A stretch of 64,000 nt of DNA, from contig JANXCV010000002.1 of the NCBI GenBank assembly GCA_025059235.1, forward strand, positions 145,498-209,497, read 5' to 3'. This document shows positions 1-10,349 of this stretch, piece by piece; within the stretch, counting starts at the first letter, position 1; each line of letters opens with the position of its first letter. Under the pieces are notes generated by a model. That model was not told the DNA's origin and did no database searches. It was given only the letters and a program-made list of their open reading frames with translations. Source of the DNA: Candidatus Calescibacterium sp. (GTDB taxonomy: Bacteria; DRYD01). Made by a program: the position numbers and the translations under genes.

Positions 1-1
1 T

Positions 2-901
2 GATCCCAATGAAGTTGTGGTAGGAGTAGGAGGAAAATCATTGATATTAATCACTATACTTGCCCTTGTAGATAAAGGAGATGAAGTAATATGCCCTAAT
101 CCCGCTTATCCTGCTTATGAATCTATTCTTTCATATGTCGGAGCAAATATCAAGTTTTTACATCTTAGAGAGAGTAAGGGCTTTAGTTTTGATATAGACG
201 AATTAAAGGATTTGGTATCCGATAAGACTAAACTGGTTATAGTAAATAACCCTCAGAATCCTACTGGTGGAATAATTCCCAAAGAGGATCTGTTAGAACT
301 GTCTAACCTATCAGAGAAATACGGATTCTATGTGTTTTGCGATGAAATATATGATAGGATTGTTTATGAATCTAAGTTTGATAGCTACTTGGAAATAAGT
401 AATAAGGAAAGAACAATAATACTGAATGGTTTTTCAAAGACATATGCCATGACAGGTTGGAGATTGGGATGGGCTATTGTACCAAAAGATCTAGTCCCTG
501 TTTATCAAAAATTAGCTATAAACGTGTATTCTTGTCCTCCCACATTTTTGCAATATGGTGCTATTGAAGCTTTAAATGGTCCTCAGGATAGTGTAAACTT
601 AATGGTCAAGGAGTTTAAAAAGAGAAGAGATTATGTATACAACAGAGTTAATCAGATTGATAAGTTATCAATGATAATGCCCAAGGGAGCTTTCTATGCT
701 TTTGTCAATATTAGTCGGACAAATCTAACCTCTAAACAATTTTTTGAGAAACTCCTTTTTGAATATAACGTTGCAGTTCTTTCCGGTACCGCTTTCGGCA
801 AATATGGAGAGGGATATATAAGAATATCCTATGCTACTTCAATAGAAAATCTTGCCGAAGCTTTGGATAGAATTGAAAACATGGTCAAAAGTCTAAACTG
901 A
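2..901 (+). CDS. Class I/II (aspartate-type) PLP aminotransferase; 5' end lies outside the window
   Basis: The frame is open from position 2. Motifs NPxNPTG, KTYAMTGWRLGW and SGTAFG are typical of aspartate/aromatic aminotransferases. Confidence 0.8.
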   Translation, partial: DPNEVVVGVGGKSLILITILALVDKGDEVICPNPAYPAYESILSYVGANIKFLHLRESKGFSFDIDELKDLVSDKTKLVIVNNPQNPTGGIIPKEDLLELSNLSEKYGFYVFCDEIYDRIVYESKFDSYLEISNKERTIILNGFSKTYAMTGWRLGWAIVPKDLVPVYQKLAINVYSCPPTFLQYGAIEALNGPQDSVNLMVKEFKKRRDYVYNRVNQIDKLSMIMPKGAFYAFVNISRTNLTSKQFFEKLLFEYNVAVLSGTAFGKYGEGYIRISYATSIENLAEALDRIENMVKSLN

Positions 902-1245
902 TGGATATTACAAGAAGGCCCAATAAAAAAGTAGAAGGCTTAAAAGATGCAAATATCCATAGAACGTTAAATACCCAGTATCGGGATATAGAAAAGGCAG
1001 TAGCTTTCAGGATTGATGATGATAGCGCGGAGGTAATTTCCATAGGAATAGGTCATTTCGCTGAACAGATAAAAAAACAAGCCGAGGAACATGGTATACC
1101 TATTTACGAGAACAAGGAATTAGCTGAGAAGCTGATAAATTTTGATATAAATGTTCCCTTACCTCCTGAAGCATATGATTTAATTGTAGCCTTTATAAAC
1201 TTTGTCTCTTACGTCGAAAGAGACATTTATAAGAGAAAATCCTAA
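901..1245 (+). CDS. FlhB C-terminal domain-like small protein (EscU/YscU/HrcU family, YlqH-like)
   Basis: 114 aa. The ELAEKL...PLPPEAYDLIVAFINFV region resembles the FlhB C-terminal domain. The start overlaps the upstream stop (TGATG). Confidence 0.5.
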   Translation: MDITRRPNKKVEGLKDANIHRTLNTQYRDIEKAVAFRIDDDSAEVISIGIGHFAEQIKKQAEEHGIPIYENKELAEKLINFDINVPLPPEAYDLIVAFINFVSYVERDIYKRKS

Positions 1246-1256
1246 GGAGTGATTTT

Positions 1257-2393
1257 ATGAAAGGTGTGGAATTCTTTAGTTTAAAAAATGAGATTAATCT
1301 TTTAAAGGATGAAATTTTACAAGAAGTAAACAAAGTTTTGGAATCAGGCAAATTTATAATGAGCTCAAATGTTCAGGAATTTGAGAACCAGATTTGTAAA
1401 TATTTTGGTGTTAAGTATGCTGTTAGTGTAAATTCAGGTACTGATGCTCTGGTCATTTCTTTGAGAGCTGCAGGCATAAAGCCAGGAGATGAAGTAATTA
1501 CTACTCCCTTCACTTTTTTTGCTACTGCCGAAGCAATCAGTATTATCGGTGCCATTCCTGTTTTTGTGGATATAGATGAAGCGACTTTTAACATAGATGC
1601 TAACAGAATAGAAGAAAAGATAACTTCCAAGACTAAGGCAATATTACCAGTTCATCTGTTTGGTTTACCTTGTGACATGGAAAAAATAATGGATATAGCT
1701 AGAAGATATGATTTAGTTGTGATAGAGGATAATGCTCAGGGTTTTGGCTCTGAGGTAAAGATAAACGGTAGATTTGTGAAGACCGGTACGATTGGACATG
1801 CCGGTGCTTTTTCTTTTTTCCCCACTAAGAATCTCGGAGCTTATGGTGACGGAGGTATAATCATTACCAACGATGATAACATATTTGAAAAAGCTTCTAT
1901 GCTGAAAAATCATGGTTCAAGAATAAAGTATTACAACGAGATGTTGGGATATAATTCAAGACTAGACGAAATACAAGCAGCTATCTTGAAGGTTAAGCTA
2001 AAGTATGTGGAGAAATTTAACGAAAGCAGAATAACTATAGCTCACAGGTATACCCAAGCTCTTCAGGGATTAAATGAATATATAGCTGTCCCTTACTACG
2101 ATTCTACCAAATATAAGCATGTTTTTCATCAGTATTCTATAAAAGTAAAAAATGGTCTGAGAGATAATTTTAGAGAATTCTTGAATAAAAACGGTATTAA
2201 TACCTTTGTTTACTATCCTTATCCTATTCATAAGTTACCGGTATACAGGGATATGGGTTATAGTCTACCGGTAAGTGAAAGAATTGCTCAAGAAATAGTT
2301 AGCTTACCGATGTATCATTTAATGGAGATAGAAAAAGTTGACTATATTGTGAGTAAGATAAAAGAATGGGTTCATAGCTTATCTTTCAGATAA
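1257..2393 (+). CDS. DegT/DnrJ/EryC1/StrS family PLP-dependent sugar aminotransferase
   Basis: SGTDAL, FSFFPTKNLGAYGDGG and the overall pattern match the DegT family. Confidence 0.8.
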   Translation: MKGVEFFSLKNEINLLKDEILQEVNKVLESGKFIMSSNVQEFENQICKYFGVKYAVSVNSGTDALVISLRAAGIKPGDEVITTPFTFFATAEAISIIGAIPVFVDIDEATFNIDANRIEEKITSKTKAILPVHLFGLPCDMEKIMDIARRYDLVVIEDNAQGFGSEVKINGRFVKTGTIGHAGAFSFFPTKNLGAYGDGGIIITNDDNIFEKASMLKNHGSRIKYYNEMLGYNSRLDEIQAAILKVKLKYVEKFNESRITIAHRYTQALQGLNEYIAVPYYDSTKYKHVFHQYSIKVKNGLRDNFREFLNKNGINTFVYYPYPIHKLPVYRDMGYSLPVSERIAQEIVSLPMYHLMEIEKVDYIVSKIKEWVHSLSFR

Positions 2394-2394
2394 A

Positions 2395-3312
2395 ATGGAA
2401 GTGATAGTTGCAAAAAATTCAGCTAGGATAGATAAATTTTTATCTGAAAATCTTGGGATATCAAGGTCCTTAGCTCAGGAATACATAATAAAAGGATTAG
2501 TAAGTGTAAATAATTCTCTTGTCAATAAAGTGAGCAAGATTATCAAAGAGGGTGACGTTGTTCATATTAAATCAAAGTACCTAAAAGAGGACAAATTTGA
2601 AAATATTCAGGTTGAGTTAAAAAACATAGAAATATACAAAAATCTAGAGGTTCCGATCTTGTTTGAAAATGATGATATCATTTGTATAAATAAACCTGTT
2701 ATAAATGTTAACAAAGTTGGTTCAAATCCAAGTATATATGAATATTTGATTTACAAAGGTCTGAAACCGTTTATAGTTCATAGATTAGATAAGCAGACTA
2801 CAGGTTGTCTCGTTGTTGCAAAGAATTATGAAACTGCAGAGTGTTTATCTTTACTCTTTAAGAATAGGAAAGTGGAGAAAATATATTTTGCAATTGTTGA
2901 GGGGGTAGTTAAGCAAAATCTAGAGATTCATTCTGCCATACATCATACTTCGACCCCTTTCAGAAAACAGGTGATTTCATATGGAAAAGAATCCACCACG
3001 ATTATAAAAGTAAAGAAATATCTAAAAAAGGAGAGCTTAGCTAGGTATTTTGCAGATGATATCTTTTTTAACAAAAATATAGAGGATTTTAGCTTTTTGG
3101 AAGTACAGATAATAACGGGTAGAACACATCAGATAAGGGTTCATTGTTCGGAGATTGGACATCCAATTGTCGGAGATACAAGATATTCTAGCTCAGTCTC
3201 TATATCAAAAGGAAGAGTTTTTCTATTGCATTCTCATAAGATTTCCTTCGAACTCTGGGGTAAAAAGTATGAATTCTCATGTTTACCAAGTTGGTATATT
3301 TTGATCTCTTAA
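2395..3312 (+). CDS. RluA-family 23S rRNA pseudouridine synthase (RluD-like, with S4 domain)
   Basis: N-terminal S4-like region; HRLDKQTTGCLVVAKN catalytic motif; RTHQIRVH. Confidence 0.8.
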   Translation: MEVIVAKNSARIDKFLSENLGISRSLAQEYIIKGLVSVNNSLVNKVSKIIKEGDVVHIKSKYLKEDKFENIQVELKNIEIYKNLEVPILFENDDIICINKPVINVNKVGSNPSIYEYLIYKGLKPFIVHRLDKQTTGCLVVAKNYETAECLSLLFKNRKVEKIYFAIVEGVVKQNLEIHSAIHHTSTPFRKQVISYGKESTTIIKVKKYLKKESLARYFADDIFFNKNIEDFSFLEVQIITGRTHQIRVHCSEIGHPIVGDTRYSSSVSISKGRVFLLHSHKISFELWGKKYEFSCLPSWYILIS

Positions 3313-3820
3313 TTTCCACTCTTGATAGGAGTCTTTTGGTTGAACAAAATTGCCAGCAATAATGGATATGATAAAGCTTATCCTTTTTTTGCAGATGACA
3401 AAGCAAAAATTTATGTGACTTGATCGAGTTTATTTTTGCAATCGATGAGAAAAAAACATAGGAAACGTATAGATTATTTTGATTGATTACAAATAATTAG
3501 GAAGTAGATAGTGATTAATCCTTGATGTCTGGGGAATAAGAAATATAAGACACATCAAATTGCTGCAATGCTTAAAATCTACATAGACCGATCTTATTCA
3601 ATTCGGATCAGTCGATACTACAAGCTAAAAAATCGAAAAAGAGAGTAGTTAACACTGCTTAAGGGAAGGAGATCTAACTATAAATATAGCATGATTCTAT
3701 TAATGAGTTTTTAAAAAAGTAAAAAATGTAAAAACAAAGTTGTTTTTTCAAAAAAAGTTTTATAAATAATAATCCAGACTAGTGAAAATAAGATATATAC
3801 TGATTTAGGGAGGATCAAAA

Positions 3821-3883
3821 ATGTTGAAACAAAGGGGAAGTGTACTAGTGCAAATATTATTTTCTTTCAGTTTTACTTTTTAG
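3821..3883 (+). CDS. 20-aa small ORF with a strong RBS, immediately upstream of the pilin cluster; may be a leader peptide or remnant
   Basis: AGGGAGGA lies 7 nt before ATG. The peptide is MLKQRGSVLVQILFSFSFTF. Confidence 0.2.
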   Translation: MLKQRGSVLVQILFSFSFTF

Positions 3884-3908
3884 CGTTATTATACTAAATT
3901 TCTTCAGA

Positions 3909-4647
3909 ATGCAACAAACGCAACCAGTGAGACGATTCAGCCCTGCTAATAATGACTCAGAAGATCCAGGATTAGGAATAGTAAAAACAATAAATATTTT
4001 TTCTAGGTCTGATCTGATAAGAGGAAGGTATATAGTTTATCGTGATAATACAACTAATAGATACAAATCACAGGACATATCTGAATTATATGGTAAGCCA
4101 GCTGGTACAATATGGGTAATTTATTCCGAAGGACAAATAATAAGGAGGGATACAAACCAAGTGATAGCAAAGAAAACAATAGGATGCCTAATAAGAAGGG
4201 TAGCAATACAAATTCCATATGATGCAACTATAATATGCAGAAATATAAGCAATATTAGGCTGGTATCAAGAATAAATTTAAGATCTTCAGATATAAATAT
4301 TGTAGGCGTATCAGGAAACCCTGGAATAGAAGATAGAAATACCTGCTCTATTATACCAGCAAATTCGATAAATACCGTAACTGATTATGATGAGAAGGTA
4401 ACTCTTAATTGGATTTTCGGAATGACATTTGATGAATTGAGAAAAGTAGCGGACTATGTAGTATCAGATCAACATAGGTCCTTTTTACGGATCAGGGATA
4501 ATAGTTTCAAATGCTAGTATAAGAATAGTAGGTCATACACCAATGAACTTCAACGGTATAATATATATGATGCCGGGAACAGACCTAGAAATACAGTGCC
4601 CAGGTTCAATTAACGGAGTAATAATATCTGATGGTGAATTAATATAA
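3909..4647 (+). pseudogene. Hypothetical protein, apparently frameshifted: 3909-4517 stops at TAG, and a protein-like reading continues in the +1 frame to 4647
   Basis: The 202-aa ORF is followed in the next frame by SIRIVGHTPMNFNGIIYMMPGTDLEIQCPGSINGVIISDGELI, which is open. Confidence 0.35.
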
Positions 4648-4703
4648 AGGCAGAGACAGAGGAATATAAAGATAGATAGACATAAAAAGGGGGCTATGAA
4701 AAA

Positions 4704-5120
4704 GTGAAAGAAAAAGGATTTTCAATAATTGAAGTATTAGTGAGCGTACTAATAATAATTATCGTGGTTATGACTTCGGTAGCTTTTATCACATACATAT
4801 CAAGAGAAACACAGAATATGAAAGACAAGGCAATAGCAGTAATTAAAGCAAATCAGATCATTTCTGAGATTAGAGAATATGTATCTAGTAAAAAAGAACG
4901 AAGAAATCTTAGATATTTAGACTATTTTAATGACAGATCTCCAAATACAAAGCTAACGATAGAAAATGTTTCGGACCCTTCACTACCTCCATCAGAAAAT
5001 ATAAGGATAGGAAATAACTATAAATATGCAAAGCAAATAGTAGTATATCGCTTGCCAAACTCTAATCCAAATGCAGATAACATAAGAGTAGTGGAAGTTA
5101 GAATGTTCAAATGGAATTAA
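4704..5120 (+). CDS. Type IV pilin/pseudopilin with a prepilin-type N-terminal cleavage/methylation domain
   Basis: MKEK-G|FSIIEVLVSVLIIIIVV: class III signal peptide with Glu at +5. GTG start with GGGGG RBS. Confidence 0.7.
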   Translation: MKEKGFSIIEVLVSVLIIIIVVMTSVAFITYISRETQNMKDKAIAVIKANQIISEIREYVSSKKERRNLRYLDYFNDRSPNTKLTIENVSDPSLPPSENIRIGNNYKYAKQIVVYRLPNSNPNADNIRVVEVRMFKWN

Positions 5121-5171
5121 AGAACCGGAGGATGGACATATCTAACTTCTGTATCAACAGTTGTTAATACT

Positions 5172-6062
5172 ATGATTGAATTTCCTCCACCTAGACATGC
5201 TTATGACATATTTTTCCTTTCAATAGGTACTGTGCCTGGCTGGTGGGTTCATAACCCTGAAATAAGGCAAGTAGTAGATAGTGTAATATCTGATCTGGAG
5301 AGCAGAAATCCTGGACTGGATATAAATCCAAGATGGATAAACGTAATGTGTTACGGAGGAACGGATCCATACTACAGACCATTTATAGGAGTAAGAAATA
5401 ACTTATCTGGATCAAATGCAGGAGAACCTCTAGAATCAGATCTAGTATATTATTATCCTGGAACAAGTTATATAAACAATAATCCTTCATTAGCGTTTAG
5501 ATATTACACTGATTTTCTTATGATGGGTAACATATGGTACCGCGATGAGCAAAATAATAGAGAAAAAAGGTGCGTATACAATTTCTCTTTAGCAGATAAG
5601 TATTTACCACCATTAAGAAACGAATCAGATCCAGCAAAACTACCACTAATCGATAGGCAAGTATATACAAACCTACCTTCATCATTTACACCAGATAGAT
5701 ATCAAAATATAAGAGTTGCTGTTCATCCAGAAAACATAGCCTATGAAGATACAGGTATTCCTAACCGAGAGGATATATCCTTGAGAGTATATGCTTATCA
5801 ACTGGATCCTATGCAAAATATTTTACCTAATGATAGAATAGAATACATAACTTTGCTAATAGGACCATTGGAGAATAACAGTTATTCAGTAACAATGACA
5901 GCTATAGAAGGTGGGGTTCAACCGCGTATCAGTGGGTATTACAAGATAATAGATAACCAACAGGTAGATGTAGAGCTAGGTTCGGGAGAAGTGAAAGTAG
6001 ATAGAGAAACAGATGATACAACAATGGAAGCTTATTTTAGAAATGTTATCAATAGATGGTAG
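5172..6062 (+). CDS. Hypothetical N/Y/P/W-rich protein; possibly the first segment of a disrupted large pilus-associated gene
   Basis: 296-aa ORF. Its 3' end overlaps the next ORF, which is in a different frame. Confidence 0.45.
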   Translation: MIEFPPPRHAYDIFFLSIGTVPGWWVHNPEIRQVVDSVISDLESRNPGLDINPRWINVMCYGGTDPYYRPFIGVRNNLSGSNAGEPLESDLVYYYPGTSYINNNPSLAFRYYTDFLMMGNIWYRDEQNNREKRCVYNFSLADKYLPPLRNESDPAKLPLIDRQVYTNLPSSFTPDRYQNIRVAVHPENIAYEDTGIPNREDISLRVYAYQLDPMQNILPNDRIEYITLLIGPLENNSYSVTMTAIEGGVQPRISGYYKIIDNQQVDVELGSGEVKVDRETDDTTMEAYFRNVINRW

Positions 6063-6420
6063 TAATTATATTGCTATTAAATTAGTAAATACTCCCACAA
6101 AATGTCCTATGATTAATGGTCAGGGGCTAAATCAAAATCAGAGACCATATGGATTAGAGTATATACCTTTCATGTTTCCTTTTGGTAATTACGCAGATCT
6201 CACTACTAGGAATCCAGATGTTCCCAAAAATACAGCAAGGTGGATAATAACAATACATGACGTAGAAAAAACAGACGATATTGCTAAACCATTAAAAGTA
6301 TACTATACGATAGATCCACCAACTTCTACACGTGGAAGATCACATATATTTGATCTCGGGATGTGGGACAAGATGCCAGAATATACTGGCAAAACATATG
6401 TTTGGGTATGCAAAAAATAA
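6013..6420 (+). CDS. Hypothetical protein; overlapping-frame continuation, or translationally coupled from ATG 6043
   Basis: ORF in the next frame, overlapping the upstream ORF by 50 nt. Confidence 0.35.
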   Translation: MIQQWKLILEMLSIDGSNYIAIKLVNTPTKCPMINGQGLNQNQRPYGLEYIPFMFPFGNYADLTTRNPDVPKNTARWIITIHDVEKTDDIAKPLKVYYTIDPPTSTRGRSHIFDLGMWDKMPEYTGKTYVWVCKK

Positions 6421-6745
6421 GAGACATAATGTATTTTTTGCATTTCCCGATAATGTAAATGTAAATACAATACGAAGCCAATATTTTAATAATCAACCAG
6501 AAGTTCTTTCTAATAATCCTAATGGAGGGTGGAATACAAATAGACCAGGTTCAATTGCTTCATCACCGGTAAATGTTCCAGGAGCTTTTTACATAATAAG
6601 GGAAGCATTAGCTAGAAGCCACTCTATTATTACTTCAATTACAGGTTTCTCATTCTATTATATAGGGCTTGGACAAGAAGTAGGGGAGGTCTACAAAATG
6701 GCCTTCCTACAGGAGTACCAGTATCTGGCAAAGTATTTGGAATGA
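6332..6745 (+). CDS. Hypothetical protein; possible start at ATG 6395, otherwise a frameshifted continuation
   Basis: ORF in a third frame overlapping the upstream ORF. Ends in an ATGA overlap with the next ORF. Confidence 0.35.
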   Translation: MEDHIYLISGCGTRCQNILAKHMFGYAKNKRHNVFFAFPDNVNVNTIRSQYFNNQPEVLSNNPNGGWNTNRPGSIASSPVNVPGAFYIIREALARSHSIITSITGFSFYYIGLGQEVGEVYKMAFLQEYQYLAKYLE

Positions 6746-7842
6746 GTGGAGTAATACGTGAGGACTCGGTAACAGCAAGAGAAGATATAGGTCGAGATGT
6801 AGGCTATTTAGGGATTAAAAACATAGTTAGGACAACAGGAAATTGGGGAGGAAGTAAACCAGCAGCCTGGGGAAATTTTGCTCTACCATTTTTAGGAGAA
6901 ATATACCCAGATGATATGTATAATTTCTGGAAGGAAAACGGTAACTTAAAAAATGATACATTTATAAAGAGAAGATGAAGAGATTCACTTCATCCGAATA
7001 ATTTCCCAGATTATAAAACTGCTATGTTAGAACCTATGGGATGTGCCTCATTTTTCAATGTTCAACCAGAGAATAGAAATTTCTGGTTTATTCATGGATG
7101 GGCTAGTGATGCTGATCCAGATGCAAGAAGACAAGCCTTGGCATTACAATTGTAGGAAGCATTTAACGTTTCTCTACCAAGAGAAATGGCTGCTGCACGT
7201 CCCTGGAACATAGGAGAGTTTCAATATCTGCCAATATAGGACAAGGTAGACCACCCGAATGGAACTACGAATTTTACAGAAGAAATCGATTTAGAAGCAG
7301 TGTAGCTGGGATATTTTATGATCATCGAGGAGCGCGGTGGGCGGGAGGGAATAGAATTAAGTTATGCGATTATTACTAGTATATATGCTTTCTTGTTAGC
7401 AGGTTTTGATACACATCCAGGAATAAATCGTCCCCCTCAATTGCCACTCGTAAGAATAATTAATCCAAGAAATGCTGAAGAAATAACATCTACTACCTTG
7501 AGAATAAATTTTGAAGTACAGTTCAGAAGATGGGATAGTCAAGATTATATACCTAATCAGCCTCGAGATATACATCAAAATCTCAGTGACTGGAGATTTT
7601 TAATTAAATATCAACCGGAAGGAGATTCAAATTGGTACTTTATACAAGATTTGGATAGAGGATTCCCAACAAAGTTAGGCCAAAGGCCAGAAAATGAAGA
7701 GTACTATATTCAAACTACTAACTATGTTAGGGATATATCACGTATACCAAACGGTATGTACTGGATAGTGTTAGAAGCCCATCATAGACAAAGAATTAAT
7801 CATTTCTCTTATCACATGATATATGTAAAGATCGAAAAATGA
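6742..7842 (+). pseudogene. Single reading frame interrupted by four in-frame stops (TGA 6976, TAG 7153, TAG 7237, TAG 7303); probably the decayed C-terminal part of the large gene that starts at 5172
   Basis: I translated the frame by hand. 6742-6978, 6979-7152, 7156-7236, 7240-7302 and 7318-7842 are all in the same frame and read as protein, e.g. NRNFWFIHGWASDADPDARRQALALQL. Confidence 0.45.
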
Positions 7843-7862
7843 AAAAGAAGGGATTCTTTTAG

Positions 7863-8648
7863 ATGCGTAGAGGATTATCGCTTGCCGAAGTTTTAATATC
7901 TGTATCACTAATGTCCTTCATTCTGATTTCCTTCTTCATGATCTTTAGTGGGATAAATACAGAATCTAGGATTGCTGAAACATGGTCAGACATAGTTTCT
8001 AATACATCCTCAGCTTTAGACAAGATAAAAGCTTCATATCTGGGAGCGGAGTACATCTTCACAAGGAGACAAGTAAGTGAACTTTTATCCAGATTTAATC
8101 AACTAAATATTTTCAACGATACAAAATTCGCAGAACCAATAGACAACATTGATGAATTTAGAAATCTAACTTTTCCAAATGATAATGTAGGCAATGCTAT
8201 ATGCTTTTTATCTTTTGAAGGATTGGCAGTTTTCAGTGGATCAAATACAAGGGTAATAATTCCAAGATACAGAATAAACATTATACACCTAAGATCTTTT
8301 GATAGAACTTTTTTGTCTTGGTCAAATACTGGAATAATAGACTTAGTTCTATCACAAAGTCAATTCATTTATTCAAACGAAACATTACCGGAACAGGTAA
8401 ACGATCCTCAGTTATTACAGAGTCTAGGAGGACTAATTTTTTTAGACAAAAGGCGGACAGATGATATATCTGAATTTTTCAGAGTTTTATCAGGAGGTAG
8501 TTTTCAGGAATACCAGGGACCGATAAATTTTCCTATCAGAAGTTCTTTATTAAAAAACGAGAGTTACTATGGTATAAGATACTCAATAGCATATAATAAT
8601 AATGTTATGAGAGATATATCGAGCATGAATATAAGGATTCCGGCATAG
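7863..8648 (+). CDS. Prepilin-type N-terminal cleavage/methylation domain protein (minor pilin/pseudopilin-like)
   Basis: MRR-G|LSLAEVLISVSLMSF: class III signal peptide with Glu at +5. Confidence 0.65.
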   Translation: MRRGLSLAEVLISVSLMSFILISFFMIFSGINTESRIAETWSDIVSNTSSALDKIKASYLGAEYIFTRRQVSELLSRFNQLNIFNDTKFAEPIDNIDEFRNLTFPNDNVGNAICFLSFEGLAVFSGSNTRVIIPRYRINIIHLRSFDRTFLSWSNTGIIDLVLSQSQFIYSNETLPEQVNDPQLLQSLGGLIFLDKRRTDDISEFFRVLSGGSFQEYQGPINFPIRSSLLKNESYYGIRYSIAYNNNVMRDISSMNIRIPA

Positions 8649-9775
8649 GCTGGAATAGACATGCGGCTTCAAAACTTTCCAGCAGGTCTAGAAATAATAG
8701 TGATAGGTAATAAAAGCAGTAGGAAAATCTATACAAGAATATGTATAATAGCAGATATGTCTAGGAAAAAGGTAAAGTATAATTCATCAACAGTTACGGT
8801 TTACGTTTCAGAGAAATTTTAGCAAAAATTTTACAAAGAAATGAATATTTGCTTGTAGAGGAAAAGAGTTATTATTCCCTGCCATATCGGGTTTTTTCAT
8901 TCCACTAATTATCCCTCCCTGTTAAATTTAGTAAATTTTGTTATTACTGAAATAAATCTATCGTTAGGCTGAAAGGCATAGTAGAAATATTCTAAAGAAT
9001 AATCGTGAGTATATATACGATGTAGAGAGTATTCCTTATAGTTAAAATCAGCTTTTTTCTATTTCTCCTTGTAATCTAATTCTCTTATGTTGCGTTGCTT
9101 ATTGCAAATCGTAAGGATATAGCATACAAAAAGTCGTCGATATGATTTAATTTTAGAAAAGATGAAGTATTGGAATGAACTAGAAGAAATATTAAGATGT
9201 TTTTTGTGTATGGTTTATACTAAATTTACGTTAAAATTGTTTTTTGCTCTAAATAAGTTATTCGAAGATTGTTGAAGTACATTGTGAATGATTATTTTCC
9301 TTCTGCTATTACTATATAAAACCTGCTTTATCAAGCCTTATAGTCAGGGAAGGCATTATTTTTTATCTTACAGAGGAAGTATCACTTTTTCTATATTATC
9401 AGTGAGATTTTGGCAAATCTCTATAATTGCTTTTTCAAGCCAAGTATTTGAATTTAACAATTTTGTTCTCTATGTGGTAATGTATTTAAGCAAAAATTAG
9501 GCAAAGAGGAACACGTATCGTAAATTCTTTATAAAGTACACTATAAGAAATAATCACAACCTAAGCTAATAGGAAGACAATAATGAAATTTATGTTATTA
9601 CATATCCAGGAGAAATAGAAGTACCACATCGAGCTATTTTCTAGAAAAAGTAGGCTTTTGTAAATAATCCCTAAATTGGCAAAAAAATTCGAACAATAAG
9701 TAATCAGGCAGAAACGGTAGTAATAAGCTTGCATCTATTTGATCTGAAGCTTGCAGATAGGTAGGAGGGAAGGTA

Positions 9776-10349
9776 TTGTCAGGAAAATCTATGAGTATGA
9801 ACAAAAATTTTCAAATTGGAATAAGTTCATTCGAGAAGATAAGGACAGAAAATTCTTGCTACATTGACAAGACTCATTTTATCAAAAAACTTGTTGGTCG
9901 GGGTAGTTACTACTTTCTTTTAAGACTGCAAAGGTTTGGCAAATCTTTGTTTCCATCAGGTGTGCTTTTTAAGGTAAAAAAGAGCTATTTCAGGATTTAT
10001 TTCTTGAGAACAATTGGGATTCGCATATAAAATATCCGGTTATAAGGTTTGTTTTTGACACTACGTTAAAAAATACAGCGGATCCAAAAGAATTTATTGG
10101 ATCCCTACAAGACTACCGGACGGGAATATCGAAATTTGTTAAGGTATCTCTTTTTAGTGGAATTAATTCACTTAATGACATTTCTCTAGATAGGGATTGC
10201 TCTACGATTTGTGGATGCACTCATAGTGAATTGTTATCAACTTGATGTATTACTATACTTTCAAAAAAGGAGTTTAGGAACTATTACTCTGAAACGGGAA
10301 AGCTGTTATTTCTCATAAAAGTGCTTCAAACAAATTTCAAAGCGGTTAT
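9776..10349 (+). pseudogene. Disrupted AAA-ATPase/PD-(D/E)XK nuclease-like gene of the 'AAA-ATPase-like domain' family (DUF1703-type)
   Basis: The N-terminus NKNFQIGISSFEKIRTENSCYIDKTHFIKKL..GSYYFLLRLQRFGKSL matches the family hallmark (..GIQDFE.IRE....YVDKT....L...GKYYFLSRPRRFGKSL). Downstream frames continue with KYPVIR.., ISKFVKVSLFSGINSLNDIS and GKLLFLIKVLQ after stops and frame changes. Confidence 0.55.

Noticed and set aside
1373-1913. Minus-strand ORFs (85 aa and 66 aa) inside the DegT aminotransferase gene
   Set aside because: They lie antisense within a well-supported gene and have no motifs, so they are spurious.
3520-3560. Imperfect hairpin TGATGTCT...AGACACATCA in the 600-bp intergenic region upstream of the pilin cluster
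   Set aside because: The stem is imperfect, the loop is 19 nt, and no flanking T-tract or conserved context exists. This is too weak to call a terminator or riboswitch.
6742-7842. Possibility that the in-frame TGA/TAG codons are recoded (selenocysteine, pyrrolysine or readthrough)
   Set aside because: Four stops of two kinds sit within 330 nt, and both TAG and TGA terminate clearly intact genes in the same window. Pseudogenisation is far more parsimonious.
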